NCBI RefSeq assembly: GCF_900109655.1
Contig: NZ_FOAT01000005.1
Coordinates: 1 to 64,000, forward strand
Reading direction: 5' to 3'
DNA from: Ruminococcus albus
GTDB taxonomy: Bacteria > Bacillota > Clostridia > Oscillospirales > Ruminococcaceae
DNA: 64,000 nt
Shown here: positions 50,658 through 59,811 of the stretch, piece by piece
How positions within the stretch are numbered: the stretch's first letter is position 1
Layout: each line of letters begins with the position of its first letter
Notes under the pieces: model-generated
The model's database searches: none
Told to the model about the DNA's origin: nothing
The model's input: the letters and a program-made list of their open reading frames with translations, nothing else
Translations under genes and position numbers: made by a program

Positions 50658-53108
50658 TTACCTTACAGTAAGTGTAAACGCTCTGTTGTTGATAGCAGAA
50701 GTATCCCACTTGCCGTTTACCTTAGCACAGATAACAACCTGATAACTCTGACCTGAGATCAGCTTGGGTGATGTGTAGTCAGTTGTACCGCCATCGATAT
50801 AAGCCTGTACCTTCCACTTGCCAGCAAGCTTTACGGCTATACCGTACTGCTGTGCACCTTCTACTGCTGTCCAGTTCAGACGGAACTGACGGTATTTTGA
50901 ACTGTATTCTTCCTTTATCAGCTCGGGATATTTTGTTTTGCTGTCACCGGCATCGATCACATTGAAGTTGTTGCCGTTTTTCAGAGCATACTTATGTGCA
51001 GCTGAATCCTTGCAGCAATTAATTACCAGATCTTTTAATGGCTTGTAAGAATCATCTTCACTTTCATCGGTATAATACGATTCCGAAAAAGCATCGTCAC
51101 CTATTTTGGTAACACTTGCGGGAATTGAAATGCTTTTAATAGCAAAGCAGTTTCCAAAGGCATATGCCCCTATTTCTTCCGTTCCTTCAGGCAAAGTTAT
51201 ACTTTCAAGTTCCTGACAGTTTGCAAAAGCGGAAGCCCCTATTTTCTTCAAGCCTTTCGGTAATTCGATGCTTTTGAGGCTACAAAAACAAAATGCCCCT
51301 AAACCGATACTTTCAACACTATCAGGTATAACTACATTCTCAAGACTAGAAGCAATAAAAGTATAATCACATATCTGCTTCAAGCCTTTCGGTAAAGTTA
51401 TACTTTTAAGACTGTTACAATCCTCAAATGCCCATTCACCTATATATTCAACACTATCGGGAATAACAATGCTCTCCAAACTATTGCACATATTAAAAGC
51501 TCCCGCCCCAATTGTCTTCACACCATCAGGGATAACAATGCTCTTAATTTCTCCACAAAATGAAAAAGCATTTTCACCAATGCTAGTTACAGCCACGCCA
51601 TTGATCTCAGCGGGCACCTCGATCTCTGTTTCAGAACTGTTGTAATATGTTATCTCAGCAGTACCGTCTTCAAGCAGCTTGTACTCATAATCGCCGTATG
51701 TGTTTTTATAGCGAACGTAGGTGTTCTTGCCGTCGTTTTCTATCTCAGCATATGTGCGGTGACCACTTACATCAGTATATGGTTCATTAACGTTTGCCCA
51801 GCCTAAATCATTAGAAAGTCTGGCTTCAAAATTTATACTCTTGAAATTCTCGCCGAGTGCAAAGGTGGTCAGATTATAACAACCCTTAAACATCTCTTCC
51901 ATATTTGTAACATTGCTTGTGTCGAATCTGCTCATATCGAGTGAGGTCAGTGCCATACAATCACTGAACATATGGTGCATATATATAACGCTGCTTGTAT
52001 CAAATCCACTTACATCAAGTTCGGTAAGGTTTTCACACTTATTGAACATATAGATAAGATTTGTAACTTTGCTTGTATCAAATCGGCTTACATCAAGTTT
52101 GGTCAGTTTTTTACACCTATTGAACATAAGACCCATATATTTTACCTTGCTTGTATCGAATCCGCTTACGTCAAGTTCGGTCAGGTTTTCACACAAGCTG
52201 AACATAAACGAAAGATCTGTAGCCTTGCTTGTATCAAATCCGCTTACATCAAGTTGGGTCAGAGATTTACAAGAACTGAACATACCACTCATATCCACAG
52301 CATTGCTTGTATCGAATCCGCTTACATCAAGTTTGGTAAGTTTGTAACACCCACTGAACATATCGTTCAGTTTTGTTGCTTTTCTTGTATCAAATCTGCT
52401 TACATCAAGTTCGGTCAGAGATCTGCAAGAATTGAACATACCGCACATATATTCAGCGCTGCTTGTATCAAATCCGCTTACATCAAGTTTTGTCAGAGCG
52501 AAACAATCCCAGAACATTTGGTGGATATCTGTAACCTTGCTTGTATCAAATTTGCTTACATCAAGTTCGGTCAGTTTTTCACAACCATAGAACATATTAT
52601 TCATATCTGTAACATTGCTTGTATCAAACCTGCTTACATCAACTTTGGTCAGTTCATAACAACAATAGAACATCTTGTTCATATCTGTGACATTGCTTGT
52701 ATCGAATCCGCTTAGATCAACTTCGGTCAGAGATCTGCAATAACTGAACATATCGCTCATATTTGTAACATTGCTGGTATCTGCCTTTGAAAGATCAATA
52801 GAAGTACACCGGAAATTATGAAACAGTGACTTGCAATTTTCCGGTAAAACAGTTCCCTCTTCGGCTATAATGGTTCGTACGTAAGGTGCTTTTGATCCGC
52901 TGAATCTATATAATTTTTTACCATCTACCTTGCCCCTGAGCGTAAGCACACCTGTTTCCGCCTCATAAGAATAACAATCTCCCTCAAGGTCAGCAGCCTG
53001 CGCTGTTATTACCGATACTACGCTGTTTACTACTGTGTTGGGCAGAGCTGTGCCGCCAAATACGAATGTCAGAGCCAGCAGACCTGCTACGATCTTTTTG
53101 TTGTTCAT
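50658..53108 (-). CDS. Secreted surface protein, paralog D, with about 14 DUF285-type 26-aa repeats plus LRR units and the C-terminal Fn3-like domain
   Basis: Repeats of the type DVS.FDTS.VT.M..MF..C..LT.L; same signal peptide and C-terminus. Confidence 0.8.
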   Translation of the reverse strand: MNNKKIVAGLLALTFVFGGTALPNTVVNSVVSVITAQAADLEGDCYSYEAETGVLTLRGKVDGKKLYRFSGSKAPYVRTIIAEEGTVLPENCKSLFHNFRCTSIDLSKADTSNVTNMSDMFSYCRSLTEVDLSGFDTSNVTDMNKMFYCCYELTKVDVSRFDTSNVTDMNNMFYGCEKLTELDVSKFDTSKVTDIHQMFWDCFALTKLDVSGFDTSSAEYMCGMFNSCRSLTELDVSRFDTRKATKLNDMFSGCYKLTKLDVSGFDTSNAVDMSGMFSSCKSLTQLDVSGFDTSKATDLSFMFSLCENLTELDVSGFDTSKVKYMGLMFNRCKKLTKLDVSRFDTSKVTNLIYMFNKCENLTELDVSGFDTSSVIYMHHMFSDCMALTSLDMSRFDTSNVTNMEEMFKGCYNLTTFALGENFKSINFEARLSNDLGWANVNEPYTDVSGHRTYAEIENDGKNTYVRYKNTYGDYEYKLLEDGTAEITYYNSSETEIEVPAEINGVAVTSIGENAFSFCGEIKSIVIPDGVKTIGAGAFNMCNSLESIVIPDSVEYIGEWAFEDCNSLKSITLPKGLKQICDYTFIASSLENVVIPDSVESIGLGAFCFCSLKSIELPKGLKKIGASAFANCQELESITLPEGTEEIGAYAFGNCFAIKSISIPASVTKIGDDAFSESYYTDESEDDSYKPLKDLVINCCKDSAAHKYALKNGNNFNVIDAGDSKTKYPELIKEEYSSKYRQFRLNWTAVEGAQQYGIAVKLAGKWKVQAYIDGGTTDYTSPKLISGQSYQVVICAKVNGKWDTSAINNRAFTLTVR

Positions 53109-53235
53109 TTTTGTGTCCTCCTAAATTTGTTATATAATTAACAAACGACATCTCACTTTCGCCCATTCCGACCGAATGCGCTGTTTTTGCGGCACTGATC
53201 GGATCAAACGCGAAAGATCATGTCGTTTGATAGTA

Positions 53236-53264
53236 ATTATATATCTTTTTTTACTTTGTGTCAA
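53236..53264 (-). promoter_or_regulatory. Consensus promoter TTGACA-17-TATAAT for paralog D
   Basis: Minus-strand reading: TTGACA caaagtaaaaaaagata TATAAT, then 7 nt, then AAACGACAUGA as the predicted transcript 5' end. Confidence 0.7.
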
Positions 53265-53390
53265 TTGACAGTTTTAACATTTTATGACAATATCTGTAAA
53301 TACTCTGCTGTTGATATATGACTATTCCCATTGGCCGCTATATCACACGTGAGATTTACTGAAATGCCGTATTTACGTTACTGTATATCA

Positions 53391-54413
53391 CTACTTAACG
53401 GTAACGGTTACAGCATTCTTGATCGGGTCAGTAGTATTCCACTTACCGTTCACCCTAGCAGCAACTGCGACCTTATAGGTCCTGCCTGGTGTAAGATTCT
53501 TTGGTGTAGTGAATGTTGTGGTCGTAGCCGGGATAGAACTGGTCCACACTCTCCACTTTCCCGAAAGATATACAGCGATGCCGTACTTTTCAGCACCACC
53601 AATAGGATCCCAGCTGAAACGTATCTGATGATACTCCGCACTGCATTCAGCTCTTAACATATTAGTAGGGGGACAATTAGGGAGTTTTTCATCGATCAGC
53701 TTATAATTCAAGCTGTTTGCTTTTGCATATTTCTCGGCAGCTGAGTTTGCGTAGCAATTGATAATCACGTTCTTTAATGGCTTATAGCTATCATCGTGTG
53801 TATCATATTCTGAAAATGCCTCTTCACCTATCTCGGTAACACTAGCGGGAATAGTAACATTATTAAGATCTGTACAGTATCCGAAAGCAGCTTCACCTAT
53901 ATACTTCAGGTTTTGGGGCAGAACAATGTTTTTGAGGTTCGTGCAGCTGTTGAATGTTCCCACCTCAATGCGTTCCACACCATCAGGTATGACCACATTG
54001 TCAAGTGCAACACACTCCGCAAAATTGGTCTCACCTATAGACTTCAGATTTTTTGAAAATTTGATACTTTTAAGATTAAAGCAGCTGGTAAATGCATATC
54101 CCTTGATAGTAGTTACGCTATCAGGCATAATGACGCCGGTGATATCGAAATTGCCTTCAAATGCTGACTCACCAATACTAGTTACTGCCACGCCGTCTAT
54201 CTTATCGGGTATCGTGACCTCTGTATCTTCGCCCCTGTATCTTGCGATCTCAGCTGTACCGTCTTCCAGAAGCCTGTACTCATAGTCATCAAATGCAATT
54301 GTTTCTGCACTTGCTGAAATAACCGTGCTGTTGTTTGCTGCACCGGGCAGGAATGTACCACCGAATACGAATGTCAGCGCCAGCAGACCTGCTACCATCT
54401 TTTTGTTGTTCAT
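53391..54413 (-). CDS. Secreted BspA-type LRR protein, paralog E
   Basis: Same signal peptide (MNNKKMVAGLLALTFVFGG), LRR units, same C-terminal domain. Confidence 0.8.
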   Translation of the reverse strand: MNNKKMVAGLLALTFVFGGTFLPGAANNSTVISASAETIAFDDYEYRLLEDGTAEIARYRGEDTEVTIPDKIDGVAVTSIGESAFEGNFDITGVIMPDSVTTIKGYAFTSCFNLKSIKFSKNLKSIGETNFAECVALDNVVIPDGVERIEVGTFNSCTNLKNIVLPQNLKYIGEAAFGYCTDLNNVTIPASVTEIGEEAFSEYDTHDDSYKPLKNVIINCYANSAAEKYAKANSLNYKLIDEKLPNCPPTNMLRAECSAEYHQIRFSWDPIGGAEKYGIAVYLSGKWRVWTSSIPATTTTFTTPKNLTPGRTYKVAVAARVNGKWNTTDPIKNAVTVTVK

Positions 54414-54550
54414 TTCATTACCTCCGTATCATTTTAATAGATATAACAAACGACATAAAATATCCGCTTGTTCCGAACGCAGGTGATATGCTTTTCCGGC
54501 ACGAACCGCAGCATCGGGATAAGTGTGAAATAATATGTCGTTTGATAATT

Positions 54551-54579
54551 ATTATATATCTTTTTTAACGATATGTCAA
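54551..54579 (-). promoter_or_regulatory. Consensus promoter TTGACA-17-TATAAT for paralog E
   Basis: Minus-strand reading: TTGACA tatcgttaaaaaagata TATAAT. Confidence 0.7.
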
Positions 54580-54594
54580 CAGGCTGTTACAATA

Positions 54595-56166
54595 TTACTT
54601 TACAGTAACTGTGATAGCGTTCTTGATAGCGTTTGACGTATCCCAAGTGCCGTCTACCTTGGCCGCGATAGCTACCTTGTAGGACTTGCCCGGAGTAAGA
54701 TTTTTAGGTGTGGTATAACTTACAGTTGAAGCGGGGATCTTCTGGGTCTGGATCCTCCACTTGCCTGCAAGATATACAGCTATGCCGTACTGCTGTGCGT
54801 TCTCCACCTTGTCCCATGAAAATCTTATCTGGTGATATTCTTCGCTGTAATCGACCTTGATGTTTGTGGGATATGTGGGTTTAGCTGCATCCAACAGCTC
54901 AAATGTCAGTTTGTTTGTTACTGCATATTTATGCGCTGCTGAGTTAGTGTAGCAATATACAGTAACTTTACTTGCAGGACTAGCTGTCTGAGTAAGAGAA
55001 TTAGAATCGGTGATTATATTATCCCCTATTTCAGCAACACTTGCGGGTATAGTTATGGTTTCAAGACCGCTGCAACCTGCAAAAGCACCTGTTTCGATAC
55101 TCGCAACGCCATCAGGTATAACAACAGTTTTAATAAGCAAACAATTGTCAAAAGCATTTTGGCTGATAGTTTTCAGACCTTTCGGCAATGAGATGCCGGC
55201 AAGTTTGCCGCAGTCCTCAAAAGCACTTGCGCCGATAGTTTCAAGCTTTGTGGGGAATGTAACGCTCTCAAGAGCTTCACATTCTGCAAATGCTTTATCA
55301 TTGATAATTTCTACGCCATATGGAAGAGCGATACTTTTGAGCTTTTTACACTTTTCAAAAGTACTTTCTTCAACAGACGTTATGTATTTGGATAAAGTGA
55401 TGCTTTCAAGTGCGTAGCAGTTAGAAAATGCATATTTACCAATAGCTGTAACGGTGTTGGGTACAGTTACCTTATTGAGACTTTCACAGAAAGCAAAAGC
55501 AGATTTTCCTATAGACTCCAGGTTTTTGGATAACGTTACACTTTCAAGCTCTGAACAGTATACGAAAGCAGAATCTCCGATAGATGTAACAGTGTCGGGT
55601 ACCACGATCTCTTTCAGCAAACTGCATCTGACAAATGTTGAATCCTTTATAGATTCTAATTTATTTGATAAAGTTACGCTTTCAAGTGTAGAACAATCCA
55701 TGAAAACTGCAGTGCCCATGGAAACTACGCTATCGGGTATAACAATATTTGTCAGAGCTTTGCATCCGCCAAACACTACACTGCCAATTGAAGTAACACT
55801 GCCGGGTATCACAACATCTGTCAGAGAAGAACACTGATTAAACGCTGCATCACCAATGGAAACCACACCTTCAGGTATTACAATGCTTTCGATTTTAGAA
55901 AAACCGCTGAAAGCGCCGGATCTTATTTTGGTAACACTTAATTCATCTAACTCGCTTGGGATCTCGACATCAGCATCAGAACCGGCGTACCTTACGATCT
56001 CCGCAGTACCATCTGAAAGCGTATTATAAATATAATCACCGGATTTAATTGAAGCTGCACTTGCTGTAACAGCAGAGATGCTATTTACTGCGCTGATCGG
56101 AACGAGTGCACCGCCGAAAACAAGTGTCAGTGCCAACAGACCAGAAATGATCTTCTTATTATTCAT
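54595..56166 (-). CDS. Secreted BspA-type LRR protein, paralog F (about 14 LRR units)
   Basis: Signal MNNKKIISGLLALTLVFGG; LRR units; C-terminal Fn3-like domain. Confidence 0.8.
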   Translation of the reverse strand: MNNKKIISGLLALTLVFGGALVPISAVNSISAVTASAASIKSGDYIYNTLSDGTAEIVRYAGSDADVEIPSELDELSVTKIRSGAFSGFSKIESIVIPEGVVSIGDAAFNQCSSLTDVVIPGSVTSIGSVVFGGCKALTNIVIPDSVVSMGTAVFMDCSTLESVTLSNKLESIKDSTFVRCSLLKEIVVPDTVTSIGDSAFVYCSELESVTLSKNLESIGKSAFAFCESLNKVTVPNTVTAIGKYAFSNCYALESITLSKYITSVEESTFEKCKKLKSIALPYGVEIINDKAFAECEALESVTFPTKLETIGASAFEDCGKLAGISLPKGLKTISQNAFDNCLLIKTVVIPDGVASIETGAFAGCSGLETITIPASVAEIGDNIITDSNSLTQTASPASKVTVYCYTNSAAHKYAVTNKLTFELLDAAKPTYPTNIKVDYSEEYHQIRFSWDKVENAQQYGIAVYLAGKWRIQTQKIPASTVSYTTPKNLTPGKSYKVAIAAKVDGTWDTSNAIKNAITVTVK

Positions 56167-56240
56167 CTTTTAACCCCCTGTTATTTTGACCATTTATTTA
56201 ACCCGTACACCGGCAGGACATCTCCTGCCGTTTGATGTAT

Positions 56241-56269
56241 ATTATACAACAGTTTTTAGTTTTTGTCAA
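56241..56269 (-). promoter_or_regulatory. Consensus promoter TTGACA-17-TATAAT for paralog F; the leader begins with a different 5' hairpin (GGCAGGAGAUGUCCUGCC)
   Basis: Minus-strand reading: TTGACA aaaactaaaaactgttg TATAAT. Confidence 0.7.
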
Positions 56270-56381
56270 CATATTATATCAATATCATCAAAATTGTCAA
56301 AAACAGCGCCCGATTAACTCAGGCGCTGTTAGCATCATGTCAGATTTAAATCCTACAGTGATGACTGATACTTTACTGATA

Positions 56382-58319
56382 TTACTTTACAGTAACATTC
56401 ACAGCATTCTTGATAGCGTCTGAGGTATACCATTTGCCGTCAACTTTTGCTGCGATCGCTACCTTGTAGGTCTTGCCGGGAGTAAGGTGCTTAGGAGTTG
56501 TGTAGGTTGTGTCAGTGATATCCTGTGTCTGGACTCTCCATTTGCCTGCGAGATATACTGCGATACCGTATCTGTCAGCGTTTTCTATCTTATTCCATGT
56601 AAATCTTATCTGATGGAACTTTTCGCTGTATTCGGTCTTGATGCTTGTGGGTGCGTTTTTAAAATAACGAATGTAGGTGTTTATGCCATTGTTTTCGATA
56701 ACTACAAATAATCCGTTATCACTTGGAATAATGGTTGAGGGTGAATCAGCATTTACCCAACCGTCGCCTTCAGGAAGCCCGGCGCCAATATTTATGTATT
56801 TGAAATTCTCTCCAAGAGTAATTTTTTTCAGATTATTACAGTGATCGAACATACTATACATCTCTGAGTATATTCCATCCACCTTTATTAACTTGCTTGT
56901 GTCAAAGCTGCTAAGATCAAGCGAGGTCAGATTTTTACAATCACAGAACATACTATGCATATCTGTAACTTTGCTTGTATCAAAGTTGCTGATATCAAGT
57001 GAGGTCAGATTTACACAATTTTCGAACATTTCACTCATATCTGTTACACTGCTTGTATCAAAGACACTCAAATCGAGTGAGGTAAGTTCACAGCCACGGA
57101 ACATTCCCTTCATATCTGTCACGTTACTTGTATCAAAACTGCTAAGATCAAGAGAGGTCAAACCTGAAAAATCGCCGAACATGTGACCCATATCTGTGAC
57201 CTTGCTTGTATCAAAGCAACTAAGATCAAGAGAGGTCAAATGACAACCTAAGAACAATCCATACATTTTTGTGACATTGCTGGTGTCAAATCCACTCAGA
57301 TCAATAGATGTCAGATTATCACAAAGAGCGAATAAAAGTGAAATATTTGTAACTTTACTGGTATCAAAGCCACTAATATCAAGAGAGGTCAGTTTTTCAC
57401 AACAACGGAACATTCCAGTCATATCTGTAACGTTACCGGTATCAAAGCCACTGACATCAAGTCCAGTCAGATTTTCGCAGCCATCGAACAAATAACTCAT
57501 ATCTGTAACATTGCTTGTATCAAAGCCACTAACATCAAGTGCAGTCAGATTTTTACAATATTGGAACATACCACCAATATCTGTAACTTTGCTTGTATCA
57601 AAGCCGCTGACATCAAGTGCAGTCAGATTATCACAGTTATCGAACATTCCGCTCATACCTGTAACTTTGCTTGTATCAAAACCGCTAACATCAAGTGCAG
57701 TCAGATTATCACAGTTAGCGAACATTCCGCTCATACCTGTAACTTTGCTTGTATCAAAACCGCTAACATCAAGTGCAGTCAGATTATCACAGTTAGCGAA
57801 CATTCCGCTCATACCTGTAACTTTGCTTGTATCAAAACCGCTAACATCAAGTGCAGTCAGATTATCACAGTTAGCGAACATTCCACTCATATCTGTAACA
57901 TTGCTTGTATCAAAGCCACTAACATCAAGTGAGGTCAGTTCTCTACAAAAGAAGAACATTCCACTCATATTTGTAACATTGCTTGTATCAGCCTTTGAAA
58001 GATCGATACTCGTACACGAATAATATTCACTAAATAGTTTGCTACAGTCTTCAGGCAAAACTGTTCCTTCTTCGGCTATAATGGATTTTAGCATAGGTCT
58101 ATAATTAGCACTGAATTCCTTTAATGCATCAGCGTCGATCTGTCCCCTGAGTGTAAGCACACGTGTACCCAGATCAAATGAATAACAGTCCGCCTCCATA
58201 GTAACAGTTTGCCCTGTTATGACCGTTTCTGCGCTGCTTACCACTGTGTTTGGCAGAGCTGTGCCGCCGAATACTAATGTCAGCGCCATCAGACCTGCTA
58301 CGATTTTTTTGTTGTTCAT
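56382..58319 (-). CDS. Secreted surface protein, paralog G, with about 14 DUF285-type 26-aa repeats and the C-terminal Fn3-like domain
   Basis: Same signal peptide; repeats DVSGFDTSKVTGMSGMFANCDNLTAL; same C-terminus. Confidence 0.8.
   Translation of the reverse strand: MNNKKIVAGLMALTLVFGGTALPNTVVSSAETVITGQTVTMEADCYSFDLGTRVLTLRGQIDADALKEFSANYRPMLKSIIAEEGTVLPEDCSKLFSEYYSCTSIDLSKADTSNVTNMSGMFFFCRELTSLDVSGFDTSNVTDMSGMFANCDNLTALDVSGFDTSKVTGMSGMFANCDNLTALDVSGFDTSKVTGMSGMFANCDNLTALDVSGFDTSKVTGMSGMFDNCDNLTALDVSGFDTSKVTDIGGMFQYCKNLTALDVSGFDTSNVTDMSYLFDGCENLTGLDVSGFDTGNVTDMTGMFRCCEKLTSLDISGFDTSKVTNISLLFALCDNLTSIDLSGFDTSNVTKMYGLFLGCHLTSLDLSCFDTSKVTDMGHMFGDFSGLTSLDLSSFDTSNVTDMKGMFRGCELTSLDLSVFDTSSVTDMSEMFENCVNLTSLDISNFDTSKVTDMHSMFCDCKNLTSLDLSSFDTSKLIKVDGIYSEMYSMFDHCNNLKKITLGENFKYINIGAGLPEGDGWVNADSPSTIIPSDNGLFVVIENNGINTYIRYFKNAPTSIKTEYSEKFHQIRFTWNKIENADRYGIAVYLAGKWRVQTQDITDTTYTTPKHLTPGKTYKVAIAAKVDGKWYTSDAIKNAVNVTVK
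57574..57886 (-). repeat. Perfect 78-bp in-frame tandem repeats (three identical copies plus diverged flanking copies) within paralog G
   Basis: The identical 78-nt unit recurs at 57652, 57730 and 57808; each encodes the 26-aa unit DVSGFDTSKVTGMSGMFANCDNLTAL. Confidence 0.85.
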
Positions 58320-58479
58320 AATTATGAACCCTCCTATATAAAAAACAATTTAACGACATGGACCCGACTAAAAAATTTTTATCCCGACAATAAAAATTAC
58401 TTATCCCTGCCACTTGTGCTGTGCTTGGCTACACTGACAAGATCGGGATAAATATAATAGCACATGTCGTCTATGGTTA

Positions 58480-58508
58480 ATTATATTATATTTTTAACTG
58501 TTTGTCAA
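58480..58508 (-). promoter_or_regulatory. Consensus promoter TTGACA-17-TATAAT for paralog G
   Basis: Minus-strand reading: TTGACA aacagttaaaaatataa TATAAT. Confidence 0.7.
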
Positions 58509-58593
58509 TAGGTGTTCTGCAAAATAAAGAATTATTCTTTTTAGATATTTTTTGCGCGCTACCGTCAATTGCATTTATAGGTGATATATGCTC

Positions 58594-58623
58594 TTGACAT
58601 ATAAAAAAATATATTGTATAATA
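58594..58623 (+). promoter_or_regulatory. Promoter TTGACA-17-TATAAT for the LysR gene
   Basis: ttgaca tataaaaaaatatattg tataat. Confidence 0.6.
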
Positions 58624-58665
58624 TACATGACAATATGTACTTTTCGATATAACGGAGGGATAACA

Positions 58666-59598
58666 ATGAATTTGACGCATCTTCGGTACATTGTGGAAGT
58701 CGAGCGGCTGGGATCGATAACCAAGGCTGCGGCGGCGCTTTATATGGGTCAGCCCAACCTTTCAAAGGCTATAAAAGAAATGGAACACGAAGTCGGGATA
58801 CCGATATTCAAGAGGTCGGCAAAGGGCGTAGTGCCCACGGACAAGGGCAAGGAGTTTTTGCAGTACGCTAAAGCCATACTCGTTCAGCTTGACAAGATGG
58901 AAAATCTTTACAAGGACAATGTCAGCAACAGGGTGAGCTTTTCTCTGCTTCTGCCACGTGCAAGTTACATCACTCACGCTTTCACCTGTTTTCTGAACAG
59001 GGTATCTGACAGGCAGGCGATGGACATCAAGATAAAGGAAACCAACTCGATGGAGGCTATAAACTCGGTGGTGGAGTGCGAATACGATATGGGCATAATC
59101 CGCTATCCCATCGCATACGAGAGCTTTTTTCTGCCGCTGCTTGAAGAGAAAAATCTCACGATACACAACAGCTGGGAATACGACTATGTGCTGATAATGA
59201 GTGCGGACAGCCCTCTTGCGCAGGAGACTGAGATAACCGAGGAGACCCTTGAAAAGTACATCGAGATACTTCACGGCGACAATACCGTGCCGAATATATC
59301 GGCGGTATATCAGAAGAAAAATGCAGACCTCAATCCTCACAGGCGGCATATATATGTTTACGAAAGGGGCAGTCAGTTTGATATACTGTCGGATTGTCCC
59401 GAATCGTATATGTGGGTATCGCCCATGCCCCGGGAGATACTCGACCGCTGCAAGCTGGTTCAGCGCAGCACGCCGAATATCCGCAAGACCAACAAGGACG
59501 TGCTGATATATCAGTCCAGCTATCGTCTGAGCGCGACGGACAATATGTTTGTGGACGAGCTGGAGAAAGTTCGCAGAGAGATAAGTGTATCGGAATGA
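58666..59598 (+). CDS. LysR-family transcriptional regulator
   Basis: N-terminal HTH LTHLRYIVEVERLGSITKAAAALYMGQPNLSKAIKEMEHEVG; start at the ATG following RBS aacggaggg. Confidence 0.85.
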   Translation: MNLTHLRYIVEVERLGSITKAAAALYMGQPNLSKAIKEMEHEVGIPIFKRSAKGVVPTDKGKEFLQYAKAILVQLDKMENLYKDNVSNRVSFSLLLPRASYITHAFTCFLNRVSDRQAMDIKIKETNSMEAINSVVECEYDMGIIRYPIAYESFFLPLLEEKNLTIHNSWEYDYVLIMSADSPLAQETEITEETLEKYIEILHGDNTVPNISAVYQKKNADLNPHRRHIYVYERGSQFDILSDCPESYMWVSPMPREILDRCKLVQRSTPNIRKTNKDVLIYQSSYRLSATDNMFVDELEKVRREISVSE

Positions 59599-59747
59599 TC
59601 TTGGCTTGATGATATATTCGCGATATTATTTATACTATTATAATAGTATAGTTTGCTGATAGCATAATCTAACGGGAACTGCTAAGGAAACAAAGTACGC
59701 GCTTTGCTTCCTTGGCAGTTCCCGTTATATTGCTTTTCGCAAAAAAA

Positions 59748-59777
59748 TATACCCGTCATCACTGACGGGTATATCCG
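59748..59777 (-). terminator. Rho-independent terminator for gdhA
   Basis: Minus strand: tatacccgtca-gtga-tgacgggtata followed by tttttttgc. Confidence 0.8.
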
Positions 59778-59811
59778 ATATATAAGGACTATATAGTTTA
59801 AATGGCTAGTA

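Noticed and set aside
51972-52715. 247-aa plus-strand ORF (with 52069-52347)
   Set aside because: It is antisense to the DUF285 repeat region of paralog D; open frames are expected in repetitive coding DNA, and there are no signals.
57574-57886. CRISPR-like regular repeats
   Set aside because: The repeats are directly abutting with no spacers, are in frame within a protein-coding gene, and no cas genes are present.
57511-58023. 170-aa and 123-aa plus-strand ORFs with internal repeats
   Set aside because: They are antisense translations of the 78-bp tandem repeats in paralog G.
46107-58508. Invertible-promoter (phase-variation) switch formed by the inverted repeats flanking each leader
   Set aside because: No recombinase gene is in the window, and the inverted repeats flank the 5' UTR downstream of a fixed consensus promoter rather than the promoter itself. 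An RNA stem is the more parsimonious reading; the idea is kept only as an alternative in the finding.
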